Origin: Candidatus Latescibacterota bacterium
Lineage (GTDB): Bacteria > Latescibacterota > UBA2968
Length of the DNA: 64,000 nt
Assembly (NCBI GenBank): GCA_965116885.1
Contig: OZ220741.1
Coordinates: 3,296,001-3,360,000, forward strand
Direction of reading: 5' to 3'
Part shown: in pieces, positions 20,143 to 28,561 of the stretch
Layout: every line of letters begins with the position of its first letter
How positions within the stretch are numbered: position 1 is the first letter of the stretch
The notes under the pieces: model-generated
The model's database searches: none
Seen by the model: only the letters and a program-made list of their open reading frames with translations
Told to the model about the DNA's origin: nothing
Made by a program: the position numbers and the translations under genes

Positions 20143-20156
20143 TGAGTGCCAGCTAG
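19137..20156 (+). CDS. PhyH-family Fe/2OG oxygenase, LHGG variant (copy 2)
   Basis: Paralog of 17003-18019 with the same motifs. Confidence 0.9.
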   Translation: MDDAMRETFARQGYVVVPDVLNQQQLDELNQVYDQYIFEREETLSNARTDKQNRFYIGGRDTHETTDRHGNTYVGRRLWSKAYRDLIDNETMLPILEEILGDPAWGHAPAHMPEDLRPLFRLDHDNIHYKPGRKPADGADIGGTLHGGPGAFHITCVYELKTVGPGDGGFGCVIGTHKPANEQKLMDIDGDWRRNWCDTEWTSQLPNWDDDVPVHRVEARAGDCILFTEKLKHGTIPWAGSGERRTLFYKYVPFGMHHGDAGYDTNDPELTERQKRILEFSPCWFNDPREDKDYSANPALTKLHPLACVESDSSVLLPGMSPPHIRLTDETRAMLMSAS

Positions 20157-20183
20157 AATTTTTGGCCAAATGATAGCGAAAAT

Positions 20184-20221
20184 AGAAAAATGCCGTGAGA
20201 TTTTTTTTCACGGCGTTTTCT
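20184..20221. repeat. Palindromic element, copy A
   Basis: AGAAAAATGCCGTGAGATTTTTTTTCACGGCGTTTTCT; inverted near-copy at 23241-23278. Confidence 0.7.
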
Positions 20222-20237
20222 TGTAGGGAAAGGAGCT

Positions 20238-22112
20238 GTGTCGATGAAGAAGCAAACCCCGGAAGCCATCTTGGCTGGATTTGAGAAACGGGTGGATGCG
20301 ATGTTCCGAGCAGAATCGGGCACCCCCCTGGTGCGCGCCAAGAAGCAAAAACCACTCGGCCCGGGGCGCGGTAACTACGTCCGAGCCTACTCCTATTCCA
20401 TGATGGCGTTTGCCGCACGTTGTCTCTACCTTGGCGAGATGCTGGATGAGGCAAATGCCGCACTGGCCGAAAATGCCCAGCACTACCTCGATAACCCAAA
20501 GGACATCAATGACCGCGACAGTTTCCACTGGCATGCGGAAATCGTCATGCGGCTGATCGAGATGTACGGCACCAACGGGACGGAGCACCCTGACCGCATC
20601 ACCAAAGAAACCGAGGCCCTCGCGCTCAAGCCGGTCTGGCTTTATGCCAAAATGTGCTCGTGGCTAAGCAAGGCGGAGGTCAGGGACTCGCAGACCTGGC
20701 ACATTTACGGGTCCGAGAACCATCACGCCATGGACTTTACGGTGAATTGGCACTTCTCCAGGCTCGCCAGGAATCTGCCCGAATATAGGAACCTCAAGTT
20801 TGATGACGGCACCACGGCCGAGGATCACTACCGCGCCTGGAACGAGTACTTCATCGCTTACTGCCGTGAACGGGCCCGCAAGAGCCTGTGTATCGAAATG
20901 ATGAGCGATGGATATAACGCCACGCTGATCAGAGGGTTCTATAACTTCTACGACTTTGGTGATCCACCAGTACAGCGCTCGGCCGGGATGTTCCTCGATC
21001 TCTACTTTGCTTACTGGGCGCAAGAGCAGATTGGTGGACATATGGGTGGCGGCGGGTCACGCAGAAAGGGGGAGAAGGCGTTCTACCAGAACCGGGATCA
21101 CGGAAACGCTCCGTTGGCCTGGTTCTACTTCGCCATCGGCAAGCAACCAACGGTCAATGGTCATGACGTCAACGCCGCACTCAGCGTTTACCGCCCCCCG
21201 ACCGTAGTGGCCGATATCGCGTCCGACGTAAAGGGACGCGGCCGCTACGAAGTGCGACAGCGTACACAGGGGCTCGGGAAACAAGGCCATTCGTTTCCCA
21301 TGGTGGCCGTTGCGAGCAAAGCGCCGAATCAATTGCGAACCGACGGTGGTGGCATTCTGCGCTACAGTTTCTGTAATCCTGCCTTCATCTTGGGTACCCC
21401 AATGACCGAGGCGCGACCGCTGTCCGATTGGGTCGCGATCAGCGCACAGAATCGTTGGCAGGGTGTGATCTTTGCTGGCGAAGACGATGCCCGCATCGTT
21501 CCTCTTGTGCGTCCCGAGGACAACAGGGTCGTTCTCAATGCTCAGTGGTCCGTCCAAAGCAAGGGTAGCCTGATCACACAGAAGCTCAAGTACCACAAGG
21601 GTGGCGCCGAGATGAACGTCTGGATGTCGGAAAAAGGCTTGAGCGCACCCGTTGAGGAAGATGGTGTGGTATTTGTGGAAGCAGAAGGCGCATGGGCAGC
21701 TATTCGCGTGTCCGATGGAGGCTTCACGTGGAAGGAGGGCTCATACACCGTCAAGGCTGAGGATGGCAGTACACGTAAGACACCTCCCGGAAGGATCATG
21801 GCGCTTAAGGGCGAATATGCCTCCGTCATTCTCGAGGTTATGGCCAAGAGAGACCTCGATAGCTTCGACACGTTCAAAGCGAAGGTAAAAGGTTGTGAAA
21901 TGAGCATGGATGGCGCCATTCTTAGATACACCACGATCTACAGCGACCTGTTGATCTTCGACACCAGCTTTGAGAAAGCGCCCAGCATTAACGGCAAGCC
22001 CGTCAACTACGCCCCAAAGAAGGTCTTTGAAAGCCCTTTCCTCAATGCCGACTACAATAGTGGTATCGTCACCATTAGTAAGGGTAAGCGGAAGAAGGTG
22101 TTGGAATTCTGA
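20238..22112 (+). CDS. Hypothetical protein (624 aa), possibly polysaccharide lyase/heparinase-like fold
   Basis: Long ORF with RBS AAGGAG; SENHH motif, helical N-terminal half and beta-rich C-terminal half; function is inference. Confidence 0.6.
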   Translation: MSMKKQTPEAILAGFEKRVDAMFRAESGTPLVRAKKQKPLGPGRGNYVRAYSYSMMAFAARCLYLGEMLDEANAALAENAQHYLDNPKDINDRDSFHWHAEIVMRLIEMYGTNGTEHPDRITKETEALALKPVWLYAKMCSWLSKAEVRDSQTWHIYGSENHHAMDFTVNWHFSRLARNLPEYRNLKFDDGTTAEDHYRAWNEYFIAYCRERARKSLCIEMMSDGYNATLIRGFYNFYDFGDPPVQRSAGMFLDLYFAYWAQEQIGGHMGGGGSRRKGEKAFYQNRDHGNAPLAWFYFAIGKQPTVNGHDVNAALSVYRPPTVVADIASDVKGRGRYEVRQRTQGLGKQGHSFPMVAVASKAPNQLRTDGGGILRYSFCNPAFILGTPMTEARPLSDWVAISAQNRWQGVIFAGEDDARIVPLVRPEDNRVVLNAQWSVQSKGSLITQKLKYHKGGAEMNVWMSEKGLSAPVEEDGVVFVEAEGAWAAIRVSDGGFTWKEGSYTVKAEDGSTRKTPPGRIMALKGEYASVILEVMAKRDLDSFDTFKAKVKGCEMSMDGAILRYTTIYSDLLIFDTSFEKAPSINGKPVNYAPKKVFESPFLNADYNSGIVTISKGKRKKVLEF

Positions 22113-22199
22113 ACTACAGAGACCTCAGTGGTAGATGTGGCGTGCTGGGCATGAGACATGCGTCTTGAGGAGGTAGATTCAAATTGCTGGGAGTGATAT

Positions 22200-22925
22200 A
22201 TGGGCGTAATGACAGATGAACAGAAGAAGCACTTTCGCGAAGCAGGATATCTGCTGGCGTCGGGTTTGATTCCCGAGCATGTGGTTCGCAAGGCTGAAGA
22301 CGCGATGTGGGCGGCGTTGGAAATGGACCGTGACGACTCTGAAACCTGGGGGCGTGTGTCCGTGCATGCGATCAATCGACAGCATCGTACATCGCCAGAA
22401 AATCGAATGTTGCGTTCGCCGGATATCCTGGCGTGTTATACAGATGATATTTTGATCGCGGTTTCTGAATTGACTGGTGTAGATCGCGAGGAGATCCACG
22501 CGCCGACACAGGTTATGACTCAGAACGCGTTTCCGACGGAAGGTGAATGGAGCCACTTGAAACCTCACTTGGATGGTGGATCCGATCCGGTAAAGTACAA
22601 TCGTCCGACGTTTCCCATTCCAATCCTGGTGCATTCAATTCTGTATCTGAGTGATACAGCACCGCACGGGGGATGCACGTTTGGATGGCCTGGTTCACAT
22701 CAAAAGCTTCAGGGTATTGCAGAGGACAACCCAGAGAAATATCCCTACTTGTGGGACGTGAATTCGGGTAAGGACACGGTAGATATTGGTGAAGGTGTGG
22801 AATTGGTGGCAAAGCGTGGCGACATTCTGTTTTACCAAAACTTTTTTTTGCATGCAGGAAGCAAGAATATCAATGACTATCCTCGGCTTGCATGTCGTAA
22901 TACATGGAAGTGGAATGCTGTATGA
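22200..22925 (+). CDS. PhyH-family Fe/2OG oxygenase
   Basis: FREAGYL, PHLDG, GGCTFGWPGSH, RGDILF...LHAGSKN...PRL. Confidence 0.88.
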   Translation: MGVMTDEQKKHFREAGYLLASGLIPEHVVRKAEDAMWAALEMDRDDSETWGRVSVHAINRQHRTSPENRMLRSPDILACYTDDILIAVSELTGVDREEIHAPTQVMTQNAFPTEGEWSHLKPHLDGGSDPVKYNRPTFPIPILVHSILYLSDTAPHGGCTFGWPGSHQKLQGIAEDNPEKYPYLWDVNSGKDTVDIGEGVELVAKRGDILFYQNFFLHAGSKNINDYPRLACRNTWKWNAV

Positions 22926-23010
22926 GCGAAACGAAGAGCAGACTGGATGTTGGAGATCTCGGCGAGGAAAACATGGAATCAGACGGCAAAATACGAGATG
23001 GTAAATTGGA

Positions 23011-23178
23011 ATGGAGGTTGATCCTGAAACATTGCAGCAGTTAGACGAGGTGGATATTCTGGTCCACTGTCTTTGGGAAATGACGTTTTGTGGTTTTGAG
23101 CAGGAGACCATTCAACAGGAATACAGGCAAATTCTCGATGCCTGGGAATCTGTTAAGAACTCAGATTTTTCAACTTGA
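23011..23178 (+). pseudogene. Short remnant resembling the C-terminus of DUF6557-like proteins
   Basis: Manual translation MEVDPETLQQLDEVDILVHCLWEMTFCGFEQETIQQEYRQILDAWESVKNSDFST*; no N-terminal part. Confidence 0.4.
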
Positions 23179-23240
23179 GCCGGAGTAACAAATGGAGATC
23201 AGATAGGACTCGGACTTTCGACAAATAATCTGTTCAAATT

Positions 23241-23278
23241 AGAAAATGCCGCGAGAAGAAATCTCACGGCATTTTTTC
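23241..23278. repeat. Palindromic element, copy B (inverted relative to A)
   Basis: AGAAAATGCCGCGAGAAGAAATCTCACGGCATTTTTTC. Confidence 0.7.
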
Positions 23279-23358
23279 GATTGTTTTTTTATAATTGTTT
23301 TTCTTTCTATTTGCCAAAAAATAACTATAATTCTCATTTAATAATCATTTTTCCGGGA

Positions 23359-23955
23359 ATGGAAGCCGATGCTGTCCCACCCGTGATTTAAGCTGCTGCC
23401 ATTGCCTATGGATTCGTCTTTCTACACCCTTTTGAGGATGGCAATGGTCGTATCCACCGCTTCTTGATCCACAATATTCTCGCTCGGCGAGGCTTTACAC
23501 CCGAAAGCGTTATGTTTCCCATATCGGCGGTCATGCTGAAGAATCCATCCGACTACGACGCTTCTCTGGATGCGTTCTCCCGACAACTCATGCCTCTGGT
23601 GGAATACACCCTGGAACAGGATGGGCGCTTGACTGTGCATAACGATACCGCGATATGGTACCGCTATATCGACCTGACCTCCCAGGCAGAGGCTCTGTTT
23701 CGGTTTATCGACCAGACCATTGATACCGAACTCGCCGACGAACTGGCCTTCCTGGCCAACTACGATGCGGCGAAACAAGCGATCCAATATACGGTAGATA
23801 TGCCCGATCGACAGATTGATCTTTTCATTCGTTTCTGTCTCCAAAACAACGGCCGCCTGTCCGCACGAAAACGCGCAAGCCAATTTGATCATCTGACAGA
23901 TGAAGAAGTTGATGCTATGGAACAGGCTGTGCAATTCCCTGAGAGGTCTGCTTGA
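23359..23955 (+). pseudogene. Fic-family protein remnant (5'-truncated, in-frame stop)
   Basis: MEADAVPPVI*AAAIAYGFVFLHPFEDGNGRIHRFLIH...; TAA at 23389-23391; frame continues into ORF 23464-23955 (DMPDRQIDLFIRFCLQNNGRLS). Confidence 0.85.
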
Positions 23956-24074
23956 CGATGATCAAGCGAAACGGGGTAACTCCATGGAACAGGCTGATTG
24001 AGGAGAACTTGCTACACTATCCACTCAAGCGGGAAACTCCAGGGAGTCGTCACATACTAAAGTGTCAAAAATAA

Positions 24075-24103
24075 TTGACACTATTTTTATATTCCTATAT
24101 ATT
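24075..24103 (+). promoter_or_regulatory. Consensus sigma70 promoter of the NYN locus
   Basis: TTGACA-17 bp-TATATT; the -35 lies in inverted repeat AGTGTCAA-N6-TTGACACT (24061-24082). Confidence 0.7.
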
Positions 24104-24109
24104 TTAAGC

Positions 24110-24250
24110 ATTGCCCTTTCAGACATTCAGTGCTGAAGCCCCCGGACTTGTTAGTGGACCCGGGTTGAATTTATAAATAATTAACCACCCCTGTTGCTTC
24201 GGGAGCAGGGCGCGAAGCCGTATAGAGTTCTATACGGCTTCTGCATTTTT
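24110..24250 (+). ncRNA. Putative structured leader or ncRNA (about 140 nt) ending in an intrinsic terminator
   Basis: Consecutive hairpins, including a cUUCGg tetraloop stem (24189-24210) and a perfect 12-bp stem GAAGCCGTATAG/CTATACGGCTTC followed by TGCATTTTT. Confidence 0.5.
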
Positions 24251-24259
24251 GGAGATTTA

Positions 24260-24922
24260 ATGAAAACAAATGTCTATATTGACGGGCTTAATCTATATTA
24301 CAGAGCCGTGCGAGGAACGCAGTATAAATGGCTGGATATAGATGCATTAGTCAAAAAAATGTGTCCCCAAAATACCATTTGCAAAATCAAGTATTTCACT
24401 TCGATTGTGAGTTCGCGTCCTAATGATCCCGGACAATCAACGCGGCAACAAATCTATCTACGGGCTTTACGTACTTTTCCGAACATTGAGATTATTAAAG
24501 GTCACTTTTTGACCAGCAAAGTCAGAATGCCACTGGTGACGCCTTCCCCCAAAGGACCAAATACTGCGGAAGTTTGGAGAACGGAAGAAAAAGGATCAGA
24601 TGTCAACCTTGCTGTTCACCTATTAAACGATGCTCATAACAAGGATTATGAGGTTGCTATTGTGGTATCAAACGACTCCGACTTAGGGGAGGCTATCCGC
24701 ATTGTGACTCAAGATATAAACTTGAAAGTAGGTGTTGTATTCCCTGCAGGTGCGATTGATCCGCGTACTGGCACCCGATATAAACTCCGCAAATCACAAA
24801 CGCTTCTAAAATATGCCTCGTTTATACGTCAAATTAGACCAGGTGTTCTCTCACTTAGTCAACTGCCTAATACATTGACTGATGCGAATGGCACTTTTCA
24901 CAGACCATCAGAATGGCAATAA
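24260..24922 (+). CDS. NYN domain (LabA/DUF88, PIN-like) ribonuclease
   Basis: VYIDGLNLYY, IKYFT, EEKGSDVNLA, VVSNDSDL acidic catalytic motifs; ATG 24260 after GGAG; AT-richer than core genes. Confidence 0.9.
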   Translation: MKTNVYIDGLNLYYRAVRGTQYKWLDIDALVKKMCPQNTICKIKYFTSIVSSRPNDPGQSTRQQIYLRALRTFPNIEIIKGHFLTSKVRMPLVTPSPKGPNTAEVWRTEEKGSDVNLAVHLLNDAHNKDYEVAIVVSNDSDLGEAIRIVTQDINLKVGVVFPAGAIDPRTGTRYKLRKSQTLLKYASFIRQIRPGVLSLSQLPNTLTDANGTFHRPSEWQ

Positions 24923-25073
24923 AGAAGTCCAATACAATGGAAGTAAAGCCTCCAACCTCTCGGCACTATTCTACATAATCCCTTAAATTTGATGAAATGG
25001 GTGGCGTGCTTAGGGCTTGCCCCTACTTCTCAGAGATATTGGCAAAAATTGCGGATTACCTCGAGTACACAAC

Positions 25074-25113
25074 AAAAGCCCGTCGATCATCACCGATTGA
25101 CGGGCTTTCTTTT
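25074..25113. terminator. Bidirectional intrinsic terminator between NYN and tRNA-Asn
   Basis: AAAAGCCCGTCGATC-loop-GATTGACGGGCTTTCTTTT. Confidence 0.75.
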
Positions 25114-25155
25114 ACTATGAAACAGATAGATTAAAATTCAGCGAGAAGATATTCT

Positions 25156-25231
25156 TGGCTCCGGCGGTAGGACTCGAACCTACGACCCAGTGGTTAACAG
25201 CCACTTGCTCTGCCAGCTGAGCTACGCCGGA
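25156..25231 (-). tRNA. tRNA-Asn(GTT)
   Basis: Reverse complement TCCGGCGTAGCTCAGCTGGCAGAGC...CTGTTAA...GGTTCGAGTCCTACCGCCGGAGCCA; cloverleaf with encoded CCA. Confidence 0.97.
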
Positions 25232-25416
25232 ACATAATATTTCCAATAGCGATGAAATCTACTGGAAGTGAATAGTAGTGTCAAGCGCAAATTTTAATCC
25301 TTTGATTTTGCAGCGTCTGAATATCAGGGCATTCCGCTTGACATCACTCTGGTGAACATCTATGTTTCCAGAGGTTAGCCCAACCATCCAACCTACCAGT
25401 CCCCAGCCTCTTGCCT

Positions 25417-26142
25417 ATGTCAGATGAAAAATTGATACAGCGGATTGTTGCCGAAGTTGTGCGGCGGTTGAAGGCGTTGGAGGGGGGCGCGGTATCTGCA
25501 CCGATTGATCCGCCAGTGAGTCTGGTGACGGAAGATCAGGTCAAATCTGCGATCAATCGCGGTGGCGATGTGGTTTATGTGACGCCCAATGCGATTGTGA
25601 CGCCGTTGGCGCGGGATTTGATTCGGCAGCAGAAAGTGCGTCTGCTGGTCGTGGCTGATGATGAGGCGGTGGTTCAGGAGCCGCAGAAATCGAGTGTATT
25701 AGCTATTGGTGCAGACCACAAGGGATTTGAACTTAAGAAACAGATTGTGCTTATGTTGCAAGATGCCGGGCGAGAGGTGATGGATTGTGGTGTGCATAGC
25801 CCGCAAGAGGCGTCTTATGTCGGTGTGGCAAAGACGGTGGCTGACGTTGTTCTGGAAAAGAATTTGATGACAGGGATTGTAGTTGATGGGGGAGGTACGG
25901 GGGCTGCTCTCGTTGCGAATAAGGTAAAGGGAATTCGCGCTGTTTCGTGTCACGATGTGACGTCGGCCAAATTTGCCCGCGCCCATGTGGATGCCAATAT
26001 TTTGTGTCTCGGTGTAGGCGTGGTGGGCGATACTGTGGCGAAAGAGATTGTTGCGACTTGGTTGAGTACCCCGTTTGAGGGTGGGCAATATGCGGCGCGT
26101 GTTCGAGAAATTGATGAAGTGGAGAGTGAGACCCGGGATTGA
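25417..26142 (+). CDS. RpiB/LacA/LacB sugar-phosphate isomerase with N-terminal extension
   Basis: IGADHKGFELK, ANKVKGIRA, ARAHVDANIL, WLSTPFEGG; about 95 extra N-terminal residues. Confidence 0.85.
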   Translation: MSDEKLIQRIVAEVVRRLKALEGGAVSAPIDPPVSLVTEDQVKSAINRGGDVVYVTPNAIVTPLARDLIRQQKVRLLVVADDEAVVQEPQKSSVLAIGADHKGFELKKQIVLMLQDAGREVMDCGVHSPQEASYVGVAKTVADVVLEKNLMTGIVVDGGGTGAALVANKVKGIRAVSCHDVTSAKFARAHVDANILCLGVGVVGDTVAKEIVATWLSTPFEGGQYAARVREIDEVESETRD

Positions 26143-26166
26143 GTTGAATGTTCTTTTAATAAGGGG

Positions 26167-26943
26167 ATGACTATGCTTTCACAGGAGCAACTGGCGCAAT
26201 ATGACCGGGATGGATATGTGCTGGTGTCGGGATTAATTCCAGAAGAGACAATTGCCAATGCAGAAGCTGCGATGTGGTCTGTGCTGGGGATGGATCGGGA
26301 TGATCCGGCTTCGTGGTCTCCTTTGCCAGACGAAACAGATGGGGTAAATACAATTGCCCGCCAGGGGGTGATTGAACATTTTGGGGTACGTGATCCCGCG
26401 TTGCTGGCTTGTTGTACGCCCGCATTTTACGAGGCGCAGAGCCAACTGGTTCGGGAGAATGCAGATGCCTTTCACTGTCAGAAGCCACAGCCCGAGGCTG
26501 TGTGGGCACGCAGTGTATTTCCGGTTTCGAAAGGTTGGAATTATCTCGGTGGGCACGTCGATGGCGGACATCGACCTTTTAATGTTTTTCCAGGTTCATT
26601 TCGGGTCTCCTCTCTGACTTATCTCGATTCTGGTGTTGCGCAAGGTGGTGGGACCGCGGTCTGGCCGGGGACACATCGGAAGTTCAGCGAGATGGCAGTG
26701 AAGGATCCTGACCAGTATCGAATGCTGTCGGATTTTGCGAAGCCGCAACAAAGGTTCGGTCTGGGAGAGCCGATTGAGTTGAGGCCGTCCCGAGGGGATG
26801 TCATGTTTTTTCATTATCTGTTAGTACACTGTGGATCCCTCAATACGAGTAATAAACCGCGTTTTGCCCTCCGGTGGATGTGTGCCTGTGACGCATGTCG
26901 CATCTGGGAAAAGTATGGCAAGTGGAATATCTGGATGCCCTGA
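26167..26943 (+). CDS. PhyH-family Fe/2OG oxygenase
   Basis: YDRDGYVLV, HVDG, GGGTAVWPGTH, RGDVMFFHYLLVHCGSLN...PRFA; similar to 22200-22925. Confidence 0.88.
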   Translation: MTMLSQEQLAQYDRDGYVLVSGLIPEETIANAEAAMWSVLGMDRDDPASWSPLPDETDGVNTIARQGVIEHFGVRDPALLACCTPAFYEAQSQLVRENADAFHCQKPQPEAVWARSVFPVSKGWNYLGGHVDGGHRPFNVFPGSFRVSSLTYLDSGVAQGGGTAVWPGTHRKFSEMAVKDPDQYRMLSDFAKPQQRFGLGEPIELRPSRGDVMFFHYLLVHCGSLNTSNKPRFALRWMCACDACRIWEKYGKWNIWMP

Positions 26944-27018
26944 TGTTGATGGTTGACTCGCTGTGGGGAAACCCGTATATTTTTTCTCTATGACCAGTGT
27001 TGTTTCCGCGGGGTATCC

Positions 27019-27477
27019 GTGCTGGATAATGACCTGACAGGCATGAAATTTGCGCTCGAAGAAGCCCGCGTGGCAGCGAGCGAGCATGAAGTGCCTATTG
27101 GCGCTGTTGTGATGCATAATGGCGAGGTGATCGCACGAGATCACAATCGCATTGTTCAGCGAAATGATCCCACCGCGCACGCCGAAATGCTCGTTATTGG
27201 GCAAGCGACAAAAAAGTTGGGCGTTCGATGGTTGAGTAACTGCACGCTTTACGCAACACTGGAACCCTGTGCGATGTGTGCAGGGGCTATGGTGCTTGCC
27301 CGATTGTCCCGGTTGGTGTTTGGGGCTTGTGATCCCAAAACCGGGGCTTGCGGATCCCTGAGAAATATTGTGGAAGATACCCGCCTGAATCATCGCCTAT
27401 ATGTGCGCCGAGGGGTTTTAGAAGATGCGTGTGGTCAGGTGTTGCGAGCGTTTTTTCAGACTTTGCGCGAAAAATAA
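27019..27477 (+). CDS. tadA: tRNA adenosine(34) deaminase
   Basis: EVPIGAV, DPTAHAE, TLEPCAMCAGA, DPKTGACGS, LNHR; start uncertain. Confidence 0.95.
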   Translation: MLDNDLTGMKFALEEARVAASEHEVPIGAVVMHNGEVIARDHNRIVQRNDPTAHAEMLVIGQATKKLGVRWLSNCTLYATLEPCAMCAGAMVLARLSRLVFGACDPKTGACGSLRNIVEDTRLNHRLYVRRGVLEDACGQVLRAFFQTLREK

Positions 27478-27482
27478 ATATC

Positions 27483-27572
<90 letters not shown>

Positions 27573-27625
27573 AAAAAACAGGTGTATGTGTGAGAAAAAC
27601 ATAGCTGAACGCTAACAGCGATATT

Positions 27626-27715
<90 letters not shown>

Positions 27716-27734
27716 AAAATATCACGAGGTTGTT

Positions 27735-28106
27735 ATGCCGCATCCCATTCGCATTACAGTTGGCGATATTGAACTCGACGCCGAGTTGAACGATTCGCAA
27801 ACAGCAGACAAAATTCGCGAGGTTTTGCCGCTGGATTGTTCGTTTAATACATGGGGCGATGAGATTTACTTTGCTATTCCCGTTCAAGCGGGTCCCGAAG
27901 ATGCATGTGAAACTGTGGCGTTAAACGACCTCGGGTATTGGCCGCCGGGTCATGCGTTTTGCATTTTTTACGGTCAGACCCCGGCCAGTCACGGAGATGA
28001 AATTCGTCCGGCAAGTCCCGTCAATATTATTGGACGGGTGCTGGGTGATGCCACGGTGCTCAAATCTGTTTCGGGAGTAAGCAATATCGTGGTTGAAGCG
28101 GTTTAG
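27735..28106 (+). CDS. Cyclophilin-like fold protein (TM1367/DUF369 type)
   Basis: NTWGDEIYF, DLGYWPPGHAFCIFYGQTPAS, RPASPVNIIG. Confidence 0.85.
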   Translation: MPHPIRITVGDIELDAELNDSQTADKIREVLPLDCSFNTWGDEIYFAIPVQAGPEDACETVALNDLGYWPPGHAFCIFYGQTPASHGDEIRPASPVNIIGRVLGDATVLKSVSGVSNIVVEAV

Positions 28107-28107
28107 G

Positions 28108-28184
<77 letters not shown>

Positions 28185-28239
28185 AAATATATTGTTAAGA
28201 GGCGAGAGGCGAGATCCCTCTTGTATCTCACTGTTTTCA

Positions 28240-28512
28240 GGTCGTGCTAGACGGGGAGATAGCGGTGCCCTGTAGCCCGCAATCCGCTATAGCGGGGTCG
28301 AATTCCACGTCTGAGAACCGGTATTTTGGATCGCGGTCAATGAGTAGGCAGCGTTGATCGTCAGGTCCTGCGCAACGTGCCTATGCCGAACCCCGTCAGG
28401 ACCGGAAGGTAGCAGCGGTAAGCAAATCGGTGCGTGTGCCGCAGGGGCACCTGGCAGGAGCCAGCGCTCGTTGAACGCCCCGGGATAGCGGTTCGAAGCG
28501 CGGTGCACGACC
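28240..28512 (+). ncRNA. ffs: Signal recognition particle RNA, large type with Alu domain
   Basis: Helix 8 GTCAGGACCGGAAGGTAGCAGC; Alu-like GTGCTAGACGGGGAG..AGCGGTGCCCTGTA.CCCGCAATCCGC; terminal pairing GGTCGTGC/GCACGACC then T-run; located between tadA and dnaX. Confidence 0.93.
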
Positions 28513-28561
28513 TTTTTTCAGGTTGGGGGCTGGGGTTGGAAAGGCCCCCTTTGGAGTTCTT

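Noticed and set aside
23389..23391. Programmed readthrough or recoding in the Fic gene
   Set aside because: The stop is TAA (not Sec or Pyl) and the gene is also 5'-truncated, so pseudogene is simpler
10747..25155. Integron cassette array
   Set aside because: No intI and no recurring attC with RYYYAAC...GTTRRRY ends could be identified by eye
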